Of a stretch of 64,000 nucleotides of DNA, positions 44,701 to 55,100 are shown one piece after another. The DNA is taken from the IMG/VR virus record IMGVR_UViG_3300008448_000018, positions 1-64,000 of that record, one strand, 5' to 3'. Both the position numbers and the translations under genes were made by a program. Source of the DNA: a virus. Position 1 is the stretch's first letter. Each line of letters begins with the position of its first letter. The notes under the pieces were generated by a model. It saw nothing but the letters and a program-made list of their open reading frames with translations, was not told the origin of the DNA and ran no database searches.

Positions 44701-44992
44701 TAGCGAGAAGGATAATGTGATTATAGACCATATCAGTTGGCTCAGTGCGTTCTGCCTTTGCCCTTTTATCAAATCTATCAGTACAAAAATATCCTTCTAC
44801 GCCAAGAATAGGCTTTACACCTTTTGCTTTTGCAATTCGGTACAGTTCCCGATGCCCAGATAAGGTTCCGTGATCTGTGATAGCCAATGCTGGCATACCA
44901 AGTTCAACTGCTCGGTCTATATATTCTTCTGGAGTAGCAACACCATCAAATAATGAATAGTGTGTATGTACGTGTAAGCCTACGTAATTCAT
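41717..44992 (-). CDS. dnaE: DNA polymerase III alpha subunit
   Basis: LHVHTHYSLFDG PHP domain, GRGSAAGS, PDIDTD, HAAG, YSFNKSH. Confidence 0.95.
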   Translation of the reverse strand: MNYVGLHVHTHYSLFDGVATPEEYIDRAVELGMPALAITDHGTLSGHRELYRIAKAKGVKPILGVEGYFCTDRFDKRAKAERTEPTDMVYNHIILLAKNQLGLENLNKINEIAWTEGYFSKPRFDFEVLEKYSEGIIVLSGCLSGIIAKALEHGEYAQAKKHIEWFKRVFKDDFYMELMPHNGAEVNKQLAELADEFKVQTVVTPDCHHVDESQKEIQEFKLLMNSHAKVQKDVTYDKSKKQNGMMKRLDYLYGEDRQMSFNKFDIHLLSYDEMKVAMESQGIVREDMYINSITIADKIEDYDIKDGLNLLPVQYKNPDKELKSLALEGLKVRGFDSNPEYLARLDEELEIIKTKNFGPYFLVVQSMISWAKKEGIMVGPGRGSAAGSLVCYALGITEIDPIEHGLLFFRFINPERNDFPDIDTDIQDNRREEVKDYLVRQYRHVASIATFLQFKDKGVVRDVARVLDIPLTDVNKVLKLVDTWDEYCSSKTTAWFREKYPEVEIYGDKLRGRIRGTGIHAAGVVTSKEPIFRHAPMETRSSTGSDDRIPVVAVDMEEAERIGLIKIDALGLKTLSVIQDTLQMVKQNHFKDIDLLNIDMDDANVYEMLSSGYTKGVFQCEATPYTNLLIKMGVKNLNELAASNALVRPGAMNTIGKDYIARKHGKQSVSYSHQVMKPFTEDTYGCVLYQEQVMQACVHLGGMSMSEADKVRKIIGKKKDAKEFDVFKDKFVKGASAYISPNQALDLWHDFEAHAGYSFNKSHAVAYSTVSYWTAWLKYYYPLEFMFALLKNEKDKDGRTEYLIEAKRMGISIKLPHINDSDIDFKIEGKGIRFGLTAIKYISDKIAERYITARPFSSYKELEEFTFTKGNGVNSRALQALRVIGAANFPDNPRNEQEIKENLYDYLNLPEFNITVPSHYHAFIQEVCDFEEKGSFVLMGMVKSIKRGKGWSRVEILDKTGSVGIFDEEQTMIEPGKTYLLLATDNRIVSAIPVEEIKGSSNALVKFLNYKQLPFTEEEMFVVSFKPRITKAGKKMASLTLADTSRDLHPVTVFPTSFAQAYMHIEEGNAYKFKFGKTKDGTITLEEVNVR

Positions 44993-44995
44993 CTA

Positions 44996-45652
44996 CTACC
45001 AGTCGATGTTGGTAGCAGAAGAAGTTGATGGACCGTCAAAGCCCAAATAGAATGCCTCTTGCTCAGCATATGGAATTTTCTTCAATGCTAGTTCTAGAGG
45101 ATATGGTTTTACTTCTGCCCAGTCAAAAGGTTCCTTGTCTGGAGCACCTGGAATAATTGTGTAAGATGTTTCAGTTCCCTGACCATTACGCTTTACTTTC
45201 CAGAGTACGTTTGAGATGCTTCCTGTTTCAAGAGCATACTCACGAATTGTGTTAAATGCTGACTGCTTGCTAACACCCATTGACCAGATTGCAACATAAG
45301 GTGCTTCAATGCCGTCATCTACCAAAACGTTGCAATAGAAACGAAGACGTGCTCTCCAGCCAGCCTTTGGATCCTTGCGGTGCATCTCTTCTGCCCAGTC
45401 ACGACCTTCTGATTCCATTGTGTCTACAGCCTTACGCTTATAGTCCTTTGGATTTGTGTGTTCTTTAACAACTAGTGCAAGACCACGTTCTGCATTATAG
45501 TTTGCAGAGTCTTCATCTAGTTCTTCAATGAAACGAATTTTTACTGATTGACCGTCGGCAAGTTTAAGCCACTTTACCTTTGGTGAGTTTTCATCATACT
45601 TTGGCTTGTCGAGCAGGGCATTAATATTTTTGAGTCCCTTTACTACGCTCAT
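44996..45652 (-). CDS. single-stranded DNA-binding protein (gp32-like)
   Basis: Position in replication module; KVKRNGQGTETSY; acidic/aromatic C-terminus. Confidence 0.7.
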   Translation of the reverse strand: MSVVKGLKNINALLDKPKYDENSPKVKWLKLADGQSVKIRFIEELDEDSANYNAERGLALVVKEHTNPKDYKRKAVDTMESEGRDWAEEMHRKDPKAGWRARLRFYCNVLVDDGIEAPYVAIWSMGVSKQSAFNTIREYALETGSISNVLWKVKRNGQGTETSYTIIPGAPDKEPFDWAEVKPYPLELALKKIPYAEQEAFYLGFDGPSTSSATNIDW

Positions 45653-45676
45653 GTGTTTCTCCTTTGTTTGTTATAT

Positions 45677-46597
45677 TTATTTTAGCATAGCCGATATAGA
45701 ATTGTCAAACTGAAACTCAAGTTTTCTGATTGAATCATCATCCATATCACCTATGTCTTTATATTTTTTATCTAGATTAACAATAGTTACCATTGATCCA
45801 AGTTTTTCAATTAACTTTTCTGTCATGATAATTCCTGCTTCATCATTATCTGCTATTAGTACAACGTTGTTGAAGTACTTCTCTAATAGTCTGATTTGTG
45901 ATACAGACACATTAGCACCCAGAGTTGCAACTGCTGGGAAACCTACTTGATCTAATCGTATTGCATCAAATGATGATTCTACGACATATACAATGCTTGA
46001 TGTTTTAATTCTATTAAGATTGAATAGTATCTTACTTTTTGGAAGACCTGGAGTATTCTTAAACTCTTTACCCTCGATTGTTCTAGCAACAAAGCCCAGG
46101 CACATTCCTTCGTGATTATGCATTGGTACTGTAACTGAATCTTGTTTTTCTGAATATCCAAGGCTAAATTTGATCATAGAATCTTTTGTAATCTTACGAC
46201 CTTCAAAATATCTAATTGCCCTAGGAGATTCCATAGCCTGATTATTTAATCTTTTAATAAGTAGTTCGTCATACTGAACAAAGTCAGGTGGACTATAAAG
46301 TGTTTTATTTATTACACTAGTAAGATCTGTTTCTTGACCCTTGCTACGAATATATCGAACTGCCTCAAAGTATGTCCTATTGGATATAGTCATAACAAAC
46401 TCTTCTAAACTTTTGGTTACTTGACATCCAAAACAAAAGAACCTACCATGCTCTTTAGATATTTCTCCTGCAGGAGTTCTACTATTATTATGATAAGGAC
46501 AATACACAATTAGTTCATTACCAAACTCAGCCTCAACATCTACGCCAATTCCGTTTAATACTCTTCTAATTTGCTCTTCTGTATATATGTCTGTCAT
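45677..46597 (-). CDS. DNA primase
   Basis: CPYH..CFGC zinc finger; TOPRIM VES.FD, ADNDEAG. Confidence 0.9.
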   Translation of the reverse strand: MTDIYTEEQIRRVLNGIGVDVEAEFGNELIVYCPYHNNSRTPAGEISKEHGRFFCFGCQVTKSLEEFVMTISNRTYFEAVRYIRSKGQETDLTSVINKTLYSPPDFVQYDELLIKRLNNQAMESPRAIRYFEGRKITKDSMIKFSLGYSEKQDSVTVPMHNHEGMCLGFVARTIEGKEFKNTPGLPKSKILFNLNRIKTSSIVYVVESSFDAIRLDQVGFPAVATLGANVSVSQIRLLEKYFNNVVLIADNDEAGIIMTEKLIEKLGSMVTIVNLDKKYKDIGDMDDDSIRKLEFQFDNSISAMLK

Positions 46598-46598
46598 T

Positions 46599-47822
46599 TT
46601 ATTTTCCGTCTTCGTAATCTTTGTATCTGTAATAACCTTTATCAAAATCTACTTGTACTAAGAAATCACCCATAAAACCATTACGATTCTTTCTAAATAC
46701 ACACTCAATAATATCACTATTGGTAGCACGACCAAGAGCCATTACCCAGTCAGCATCATAAGCAATCTGTCTAGACCATGCTGTTTGACCCAGAGTAGGT
46801 GCACTACTAAGATCTTTTACATCATCTGGAGTAGCAGAGGAAATAGCAATAATAGGAACTTCTTCACTAATAGCCATAAGTTTAAGTTCTCGTGAAAGGT
46901 TCTTCATTCGTACCGTTTCATTATCTGACTTTTGATTTGGACTCATAAGTTGTAGGTAGTCTACAATAACAAAGTCTGGCTTATACTGATCAATCTTTCC
47001 ACGAATAACGGAGGGTGTAACTTCACCACCATTGTCATTTGAAATAATGTGAAACTCTGGTCTGCCTGCAACCTTATTAGCATGCCAATTTTTAAGCATA
47101 TCAAGTTCTACTTCACCATTGCTTAATTTTCTATGTGACCAAACACCTTCACCCATGATTGCAAAAACACGATTACGAACTTCTGTTTCAGACATTTCAA
47201 GAGAAATAATTAATGGAGACTTTCCTTGCTTCCATGCTTGCACTGCAAAGTATAAAGCCATCCAAGACTTACCAATTCCAGGGTAAGCAAGAAATACTCC
47301 AAGTTGACCTGGCATAATTCCAGAAGGTAGATAGTTATCAAATCCTGGAAGATTAGTTTTAATTCCAATTTGACCAGTCTCTTTTTGTTTTTGAACATTT
47401 TCGTAATATGCAATAGCAGACTCTAAATCTGTAGCATCAATATCACGTATAGCAGAGGTATTCTTTTTTAATTCTGAGGTCTTAGTGATAAGTTCTTCTA
47501 ATGCTTTTGAACCTTCTCCACCCTGCACTTCTCCTGCTGCAGACCTCAATATATCTTTTAGACTATCATTTAAATACTCAGTCTGCAATTCTTCAAGATG
47601 ATGTTTAGTTGCTCCGACACCAGATACTGGTTCAAAATCTCTAAATTTTTCTACAACTAAAGAAGCAGGGGGAACGCTACCATTATTTTCAAAGTACAGC
47701 CTAATAAAATTCCAGATATCGTTATGTGTTCTAAGAAGATTTTCTACATTTGCCTGTAGCAAAACATGCATTTGCTTATCTTCGAGTAGTGCAGATATAA
47801 CCCTTGCTTCTGTATTATTCAC
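46599..47822 (-). CDS. DnaB-like replicative helicase
   Basis: AYPGIGKS, SLEM, IVDYLQL, KNRNG. Confidence 0.92.
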   Translation of the reverse strand: MNNTEARVISALLEDKQMHVLLQANVENLLRTHNDIWNFIRLYFENNGSVPPASLVVEKFRDFEPVSGVGATKHHLEELQTEYLNDSLKDILRSAAGEVQGGEGSKALEELITKTSELKKNTSAIRDIDATDLESAIAYYENVQKQKETGQIGIKTNLPGFDNYLPSGIMPGQLGVFLAYPGIGKSWMALYFAVQAWKQGKSPLIISLEMSETEVRNRVFAIMGEGVWSHRKLSNGEVELDMLKNWHANKVAGRPEFHIISNDNGGEVTPSVIRGKIDQYKPDFVIVDYLQLMSPNQKSDNETVRMKNLSRELKLMAISEEVPIIAISSATPDDVKDLSSAPTLGQTAWSRQIAYDADWVMALGRATNSDIIECVFRKNRNGFMGDFLVQVDFDKGYYRYKDYEDGK

Positions 47823-48123
47823 TAAGCCACTTCCTCGCCATCGCTCTGCGCTCTTTGCGCTCTTGCAAATCTAATTGATAATCTTTTTTACCGTTGATAA
47901 TCTTTTCTGCGTTGTATGCAAAATAATTCCAACTTGGTTCTTGTGCAACACTAAAATAATAATCAAGTAATTCATAGCAATTACTAATGCCATAAGATTC
48001 TATCAAGGCATCAGAAGCCCACTGCTCTACATTTAAATTCAGAGATGGCTTTTGCTCATACTTTGCTGTATGTAACTTGCTGTACCTACTAAGCAAAGCC
48101 ATGCGGTCTTTGCGTTCAGCCAT
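47815..48123 (-). CDS. hypothetical protein (possible helicase loader)
   Basis: Directly upstream of the helicase. Confidence 0.6.
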   Translation of the reverse strand: MAERKDRMALLSRYSKLHTAKYEQKPSLNLNVEQWASDALIESYGISNCYELLDYYFSVAQEPSWNYFAYNAEKIINGKKDYQLDLQERKERRAMARKWLSE

Positions 48124-48344
48124 TATGCCTCTGCAGCCTCTTCCTGTGCTTCTTTAATCTTGTCAGTGAGTTTTTCTTCTACAAACTTGTAGACACGCTC
48201 AAATGCCTGCTCAGTAGTCTCGCCATCACGCTTGCTATCAATAACGCCAAGATCAAGTCTTAGAGATTGAAAGTTTCCAAGGTTTAGCGTATATCCCAGA
48301 GTTACATTTACTTTTGTTGAATCGTTTTCCATTACCCCACCCAT
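48123..48344 (-). CDS. phage protein (TLNLGNFQSLR.D motif)
   Basis: 73 aa. Confidence 0.75.
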   Translation of the reverse strand: MGGVMENDSTKVNVTLGYTLNLGNFQSLRLDLGVIDSKRDGETTEQAFERVYKFVEEKLTDKIKEAQEEAAEA

Positions 48345-48353
48345 TTCATAGTT

Positions 48354-48896
48354 TTAAATACTTTCAGACCAAACAGGAATAAACCTTCCATCTTCAGTCT
48401 TCGTATATGTAAGTATACCGTCTCCCATTCGCCTTGTCAACTCCTGGCTTGTAGGCGTACTATTATTTGTTATTAGTCCATCTTTTCTTGGTTGTCCTAT
48501 ATGTATACTTGCAAGTATAGCACGAATCTCTCTAACGTGGTCTTCTGAATAATAAGATCTGATTTGAAATCCAGTCTTACCACCAATACTTGAACCCACT
48601 GGTCTTGGAATGACTCCTCGTTTAATTAAACTTGGCATATACTTTCTATGACGATTAATTAATTTAGCAGTCTCAGCAACGGTATATGCTCGTTGTCTAT
48701 TTTTTCTAAAGTCAGAACGCAAACATGTTTCTATTCTATCTTTATTAATATTATAAACAGTTACCATTCCAGTAGAACGTGAACTATGATATAGCCTTAC
48801 AAGATCACCATTTAAAAACCAAACCTTTTGATTTCCTTTTATTACAGGCTCGTTATTGTACGCTTGGCTCTGGATTTTTCCTTTTGCAGTATCCAT
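48354..48896 (-). CDS. MerR/excisionase-like HTH DNA-binding protein
   Basis: YTVAETAKLINRH...GVIP...RSYYSEDHV. Confidence 0.7.
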   Translation of the reverse strand: MDTAKGKIQSQAYNNEPVIKGNQKVWFLNGDLVRLYHSSRSTGMVTVYNINKDRIETCLRSDFRKNRQRAYTVAETAKLINRHRKYMPSLIKRGVIPRPVGSSIGGKTGFQIRSYYSEDHVREIRAILASIHIGQPRKDGLITNNSTPTSQELTRRMGDGILTYTKTEDGRFIPVWSESI

Positions 48897-49033
48897 CTAC
48901 CTTGCTCACTTTCTGAAGGAGGGTGAAAAAAAATTCTTGATCCACATAACACACAAAAGATCTCTATATGTTCGGTTGTATTGTATTGTCTATCGACAAG
49001 CATACGACCTTTGCATTTTTTGCAAAAAATCAT
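48842..49033 (-). CDS. zinc-ribbon protein
   Basis: CKKCKGRM..CVLCG. Confidence 0.7.
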   Translation of the reverse strand: MIFCKKCKGRMLVDRQYNTTEHIEIFCVLCGSRIFFHPPSESEQGRWILQKEKSRAKRTITSL

Positions 49034-49048
49034 TTCCCACCCTTAACT

Positions 49049-49492
49049 TTAGTTTGGTATACCAAGAATAATTAAATTAACTGCTAATGATAAATCTCCA
49101 GAAGCACCAAACCTAACTATTCCTTCTACTCTAGAAGTTGTAACTGTTTTTAAAATAACACTAACATTTTGTCCAGCAGGTGTGTTTCCAATGTTTACTG
49201 GTGTAGCAGTGGCTATTGGTTGGTACTTAAAGTCGCTTGGAAAGTCATATGAGAATGTTTTTTCGTTTCCTGCTGATACTGTTGAGTTGTTTGCTACCTC
49301 AACATACCCGCCAATCATACGAGCCTCAGATGTTTTTACGCTTTGTTTTCCTGCGCTTACGGTATCTACCGTTGTGTAGTTGTAGGTTGCTGAAGAAACC
49401 TGTGTAGACAGATCATTAATAGTATCAGCCAACTGATAGATGTATGTAACATCTAAGGGTTGTCCTCGTTCTGGTAGCGGTACTTTAGCCAT
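49049..49492 (-). CDS. virion structural/tail accessory protein
   Basis: Tail-module position; beta-rich C-terminus. Confidence 0.6.
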   Translation of the reverse strand: MAKVPLPERGQPLDVTYIYQLADTINDLSTQVSSATYNYTTVDTVSAGKQSVKTSEARMIGGYVEVANNSTVSAGNEKTFSYDFPSDFKYQPIATATPVNIGNTPAGQNVSVILKTVTTSRVEGIVRFGASGDLSLAVNLIILGIPN

Positions 49493-49510
49493 TATCTCTC
49501 CATTATATCA

Positions 49511-50011
49511 TTAGATCGTATGCATTGCAGGGTTATAAACCAAAAGGTTTACAGAATCTCTTGTTATTGGTTCACCCTTTAAGTAAACTTCTATTGTTAC
49601 TCTATTTGGTGCTTGTGTTTGATCTACACCATTAATATAAAACGTAGTTGGATGAACAAGATTAATGGAATTACCAGAGATTCTTTGAACATAATTCCAG
49701 TCTCCATTTCCTGCAGCCCTACTCCACTTTACCCAAACATCATAATCTTTAGCCTGACGAATTACCTGAGTGCCTATTTTAATAGTAACTGTATCCCATG
49801 CAACAGTAGTTATTCCTGAAGAAACAATGGTTATGTTTCCAGGAACATAAATATATTCTGGATCAAGCGTTACTATTGGTGACCAGTGTGAGGTTCTGTT
49901 TTTATCTTCAGAAATAATTCTATATCTTATATCATATTTTTCTGTAGTACTATTTATTGTTGGAAGATTATCTTGTTCAACTTTAACCTTTTTAATAGTT
50001 TCATTTTCCAT
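49511..50011 (-). CDS. virion structural protein
   Basis: YRIISEDKNRTSHWSP. Confidence 0.6.
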   Translation of the reverse strand: MENETIKKVKVEQDNLPTINSTTEKYDIRYRIISEDKNRTSHWSPIVTLDPEYIYVPGNITIVSSGITTVAWDTVTIKIGTQVIRQAKDYDVWVKWSRAAGNGDWNYVQRISGNSINLVHPTTFYINGVDQTQAPNRVTIEVYLKGEPITRDSVNLLVYNPAMHTI

Positions 50012-51168
50012 TATGTTACCCCAATTGAAAATCTAAATTCAATATAATTACTTGTATTTGGTGACTTAATAATTGTTTCTGCACCGTCAGTCTTAATTAC
50101 TGAGTATCCTGTTAAGCCATATAATGGGTTAACTGTTGCTACGTTTTCTAATCTAATGGCATCCAAAGCAATGTAGTAATCTTCAGATGGAACTCCACCA
50201 TCAATAACACATGCATAAATTTTAACAACTGTTACGGCGTTCCAAGTAAAGTTTGCGCTTGTATATAATTCCTGTAGTTGCTTAGTAACAACAAAATATC
50301 TATTTGTTGAAAAGTCTTGAACATCTTCTGGATTCCCTGATGTTCCATGATTTATTTCTGCTTCAAACCTTGCAAACCCAGTAGGTGTTGATGCATCTGT
50401 ATCTGCAAAATCTACTAATATTCTAATTGTTTCTGGTATTGCTAAAGAGTCTCCATCTTTATTTACTAAAGAAAATGCTAGTTTTAGTTCATCAGTTGGA
50501 GAGTTTCTTGTAAAGTCTACATTTGCTCCAGTTAAATGGATATGATTTGATCCAGGCTCTATAACAAAGTGATCTGCTGCTGGACCACTTTCTTCATTAA
50601 TTGTAAGATCTGAGTCATCGCCTTGAATAAAAATTGTATTATTTAAAAATCTACATCTTTCATATCTTGCTGAACGAGCAGGCTTGTAAAAAATAGAGTT
50701 ATCTGCATTTGTTTGAAATACTGATTCTGCAATAGCAATAACATTGTCATCATTTGGATCGTCAAGTGGTGAAGAATAAGAAGGGATTGCAGTTGCAGCC
50801 GATGCTGTATGATGTTGCCAGTTTTCTGCAGTTGTAAAAGCAAAAACTGTTTTACTGTCATATGCTCCAGCGGAAGGGTTAGATCCTGCTGAGTATAAAC
50901 CAACCTCTGTAATCTCATATCTTTCTTCTGTTGGTAGTTCTGCAGTTAAAACAATTTTATTAACACCATTTTCATTAACAAACCCTCTGGATGAAACTGG
51001 TATTCTAAACATTTCAAAATCAAGGGCTTCCTTTGTGGCAAAATTACCAGGGGTGTCTTCAAGGTCAAGTGGGGTAGGACCACAGCCAACCGCTATAAAA
51101 GAAGCATAGGCAGGAGCCTGTCCAAGCATATATTTTCCTATAATGCTTTTACCAGTGTTAGTTATCAT
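50011..51168 (-). CDS. minor tail/baseplate protein
   Basis: MITNTGKSII..IAVGCG..ITEVGLY. Confidence 0.7.
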   Translation of the reverse strand: MITNTGKSIIGKYMLGQAPAYASFIAVGCGPTPLDLEDTPGNFATKEALDFEMFRIPVSSRGFVNENGVNKIVLTAELPTEERYEITEVGLYSAGSNPSAGAYDSKTVFAFTTAENWQHHTASAATAIPSYSSPLDDPNDDNVIAIAESVFQTNADNSIFYKPARSARYERCRFLNNTIFIQGDDSDLTINEESGPAADHFVIEPGSNHIHLTGANVDFTRNSPTDELKLAFSLVNKDGDSLAIPETIRILVDFADTDASTPTGFARFEAEINHGTSGNPEDVQDFSTNRYFVVTKQLQELYTSANFTWNAVTVVKIYACVIDGGVPSEDYYIALDAIRLENVATVNPLYGLTGYSVIKTDGAETIIKSPNTSNYIEFRFSIGVT

Positions 51169-52142
51169 GACGTGATTTCTCCAAATTCCGCTTCATATAT
51201 TGTACCACTTACCGTAATTTCTATCTCAATCTGCTCATCTTGTTCAACATTTACAGCCTCAATTACTAGGTTTCCATTTGTAGAATCAATATATATGTGA
51301 TTTCCATTAGGACCAGTGCCAACTTTTGGTATCTTATTTTCAAGTTTAATAGGAAAATTAGCAAAATACTTATCAGATGTAGCCTGAACACTAAGTATAT
51401 TATTAGGGTTATATTGCTGCTGAATAGATGAAAGGTTCTTGATTGGCTGATAAGAAACTTGCTGACCATTAATAATATCATTACGAGCAATATTGATTAA
51501 CTCTTGCCCACCAATATTTTCAAATATAAGATCAGTCATTACCTCAATTGGTAATTCATCATCATTAAATAAAACTGTATCAATTGGTGCTGTTTTTACT
51601 GGAGGAGGTGGCGGAAGCGCAGCAGCAACTGAAGCAGTTGTTATGTCTGCTGGAGTTATTGGTGTAGCACTTGTATATCCGCCAGAATATGTACTTCCTC
51701 CGCCACTATCTGTAGTAGTTGTAGTAGTTGTTGTAGTACCAGTTTCAGTGGTACTTGCTGTTGTTGTGGATGTTGTTGTTTCATCTACTTTTGTTGTTTC
51801 TTGTGTTTGAGGAACTAGTGGTGGTGGCACGTCAACTTTTGGCGTAGGTGCTTTTGGTGGTGTTGAAACTTTGGGTGGAATCTTTACAGTTGTTCCAGCC
51901 CATATCATGTTACCGCCTTGATATTTAGCCTGTTCTGTAAATTTAGGATTTGCTGCTAAAATTGCTTTAACTGTTGTATTGTTTTCTTTTGCAATAGATG
52001 AAAGGGTATCTCCTCTTTCAACAGTTACTTTAATTGGTGCTGCTGGCGCAGGTACAACTGCAGCCTTTTGTACGCTTTGTGGAACGTAATCTTCACCACC
52101 ACCATCAATCATATTTCCATAAAATCTCATATTATACCTCAC
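51165..52142 (-). CDS. LysM-domain tail protein with Pro/Thr linker
   Basis: VERGDTLSSIAKENNTTVKAILAAN. Confidence 0.8.
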   Translation of the reverse strand: MRYNMRFYGNMIDGGGEDYVPQSVQKAAVVPAPAAPIKVTVERGDTLSSIAKENNTTVKAILAANPKFTEQAKYQGGNMIWAGTTVKIPPKVSTPPKAPTPKVDVPPPLVPQTQETTKVDETTTSTTTASTTETGTTTTTTTTTDSGGGSTYSGGYTSATPITPADITTASVAAALPPPPPVKTAPIDTVLFNDDELPIEVMTDLIFENIGGQELINIARNDIINGQQVSYQPIKNLSSIQQQYNPNNILSVQATSDKYFANFPIKLENKIPKVGTGPNGNHIYIDSTNGNLVIEAVNVEQDEQIEIEITVSGTIYEAEFGEITS

Positions 52143-55100
52143 TCAAATATGCTGTCATATTTGGTCCGTCAGTTCCTCTAGAGTATTCAATATTATATAC
52201 TACAAATCTACTTGTATCAGAAGAAACAAGATCAAGACCAGTAGAGTCTTTATAGTTAAGTGTAACTATATCTCCAAGTTGAAGAGTTGGGATAGAAAAC
52301 ATATTAACACCAACAGATTTTTTAGGATGCATAATCTTATTAATAATCCACCCCATTAAGGCATTAGCATCATCATCTGTTTGAACATATATACTGTCGA
52401 TTGTAAAATCATTCTTTCCATAAATCATTCTGCTTTGTCTAATTTCATCATATTTAGCCTTTTCAACTAAAGGAGAAAATGCTAAAGTGCTACCTACAAA
52501 CTCTGGATCTGACAAGTTTCCACGCTTTTTAAAGTACTCATCTACAGTTAATTCATGAGTGGTGTCTTGTGTAAATGTTATACCCTGAATTCTTAAAAAG
52601 TTACCAGTAGTTTCGTCAAGACTTAAGGCTTTATCTGTAGCATTAAATATTAAAAACTCTGCTCCATATGAGTCTGCTTTAAATCCAGAGGTAGTGTAGC
52701 CTTTAATTCTGTTAAAGGTTGGAGATAGTTGTGCATATAGTGCTGGGTATGCACGATCATATTTAACATCAAAGTATGCACACTCACGCATAATTGATCC
52801 AAATTCTTCAAAATACATATTGTACTTAGGTGGCTCCTGTGCACTAATACCAGATAGGTATGTTGATTGAATAATACCACTCATTGCATATTTTCTAAAT
52901 GATTCGTTTGCATTAATTTTGCCATCTGAAAGAGCAGAAGATAATGTTTCTCCAACTGTAAATACGCTATTTTGAGAATAGTTTTCTGAAAGTGCATAAA
53001 TGTTTTCAAACATAACTCTTGATGATCCACGAGTAAACAAAGCCATATTGTTATAAATTGGAAGTGGATCTGTATCGTCTACAACCTTAATAAGTTTATT
53101 ATTAATGTATAAATAGAACCTTCTAGTTTTTCCAATATCTTGATACTCTACTGATAAGTCATATACGGTTGGATTGTCTTCTCCAGACATTCTATATTGT
53201 CCAGTAAATCTTCCATCGTCTACAAGTATCTTTGAAAGACCACCCCAAAGTTTAATTGGTATTGCATTATTATTTGAAGAATCTTTTTTAACCTTATAAA
53301 ATACAATATTATTAATAGACTTTTCAGCCTCACCTTTTGTATTTAACTTTAGATAAGAGTTAATATTATCTTCAGTTAGTGCAATAATTTCAAAATAATA
53401 TCCATTGTTTGTTTCTGGATTAAGCAATACTGCTAAGCCACCTGAACCTCCACCAATATTAACATTTTGATCTGGCTGTGTTCCAGAAGCCTGATAGTAG
53501 GTTGTACTACCTATTGGAGTTTGTGTTCTACTTGTATTGTTTTCTATTTTACCAATAATTCTAACCCTTGTGCCAAAGTGTTTGTAAGCATTATTTAATG
53601 ACTTATATACATAAGAAACAAAGTTGAGTGGCGTATCTGTAGTTTTAAATGATGGACCATTCATAACTAATGCTGATGACTGAATAGTTCCAGTTTCAGT
53701 GCTCTTTAAATTATTTACCTGTGTTTCTGTTAAATAATTATTTGACATAAAGTTTTTTATAATACCATTACGAGTTGTTTGTCTGGCAAGAACATTGTCA
53801 ACACCTGCTGCGCCAAGCGTAGTTGATGGATAGGTAACATCTTCATCTAACTGTGTTGTAAACATGTATCCCGCTTGCATATTACATCCACGAACATAGT
53901 CATTATTAGACCAGTAATCGCTAATACCTGCTGTATGTTCAACTATCGTTGTTCCAAATTGACCACGACCATGGTCTACTACAGCACCATTTTGTAGCCT
54001 TGTTATGCCATCGACTGTTTCATAGTATGGTGTTGTATATATTCTTATTAGTCCCGTTGGATAAATTTTTCCATTAAATGGTATTGATGCAAAATATCTT
54101 TGGTACTCTTGGTTACTGCTAATCCAGACATTGCCTACCCCAGTTATACTAAACTCTGCGGCATCATACTTTATTACTTCACCATTTGAATATAGATACC
54201 CATTGTATCTTGTTATCCAATATATATTTTCTCCAAGATCAATCACATTATTTGTTATAGCATGATTGACTACTGTTGGTGCTACCGCAGGAATAATAGA
54301 GTTTAGTGGCATTGCTCCTAAAACATATGCTCCTTGCTTAGATGCAATTTCATTTATTGTTTTAGTATTTTCAGTTCCAGATACTTCCCAAAGCAAAGAT
54401 GGTTTATATATCCAAGTTTTATTTTGATCAACCATGCTGGACTGTCTAATGCTTCCGTATGATCTTTGAATATATCTAGTTGTATAGTTTATCTTTCCAT
54501 CGTTATAAATCTTTTTATCTTTTGATGCAATAGATATAATATTAGGAAGATTTCCAGATGTAGAATTTTCAATAACGCCAGTATCTGTTTGATTATTTGA
54601 TCCAGACAAAACGAAGTCTGTTGATCTCTGATCTACTGTTGGCATTAAATAGTCTTTACTCATAACTACAAAGTTATTGTATTCATCAAAAAACATTGCT
54701 GTCTGAGTGGCAAGTGCCAATTGATTTAAAACTTGTGCAACATTTTGATCTGGAGCAACAAAAAAATATGGAATGATTGGGTCTGACTCTCCAGTAACAC
54801 GTCTAAAGGTATAGTTTGTAAAACCAATATAATCAAGAAGTGTTGTTATTGCATAACTTAAAGATGTTTGGGTAGTTAATAGTCTTGGTGCTGACATAGA
54901 TTCTAAGAAAAAGAAAAAATCTCTTAACTGGATAGATATTGTTCCTGCAGTTACATCTGCTTGTGGAAAACCCTCTGAGTATAAAGTTTTGATAGGAACA
55001 TAATAATCAAACCCATTTACACCTAAGATTACTTCATAAAAATTAAATTTGATGTTTTTTCTTACATATTCTGAAACAATGCTTGAAGAATTTTGATCAT

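Noticed and set aside
35080-47822. Inteins or introns in TerL, RecA, DnaE or DnaB
   Set aside because: Lengths are normal and no splice motifs or interruptions were seen.
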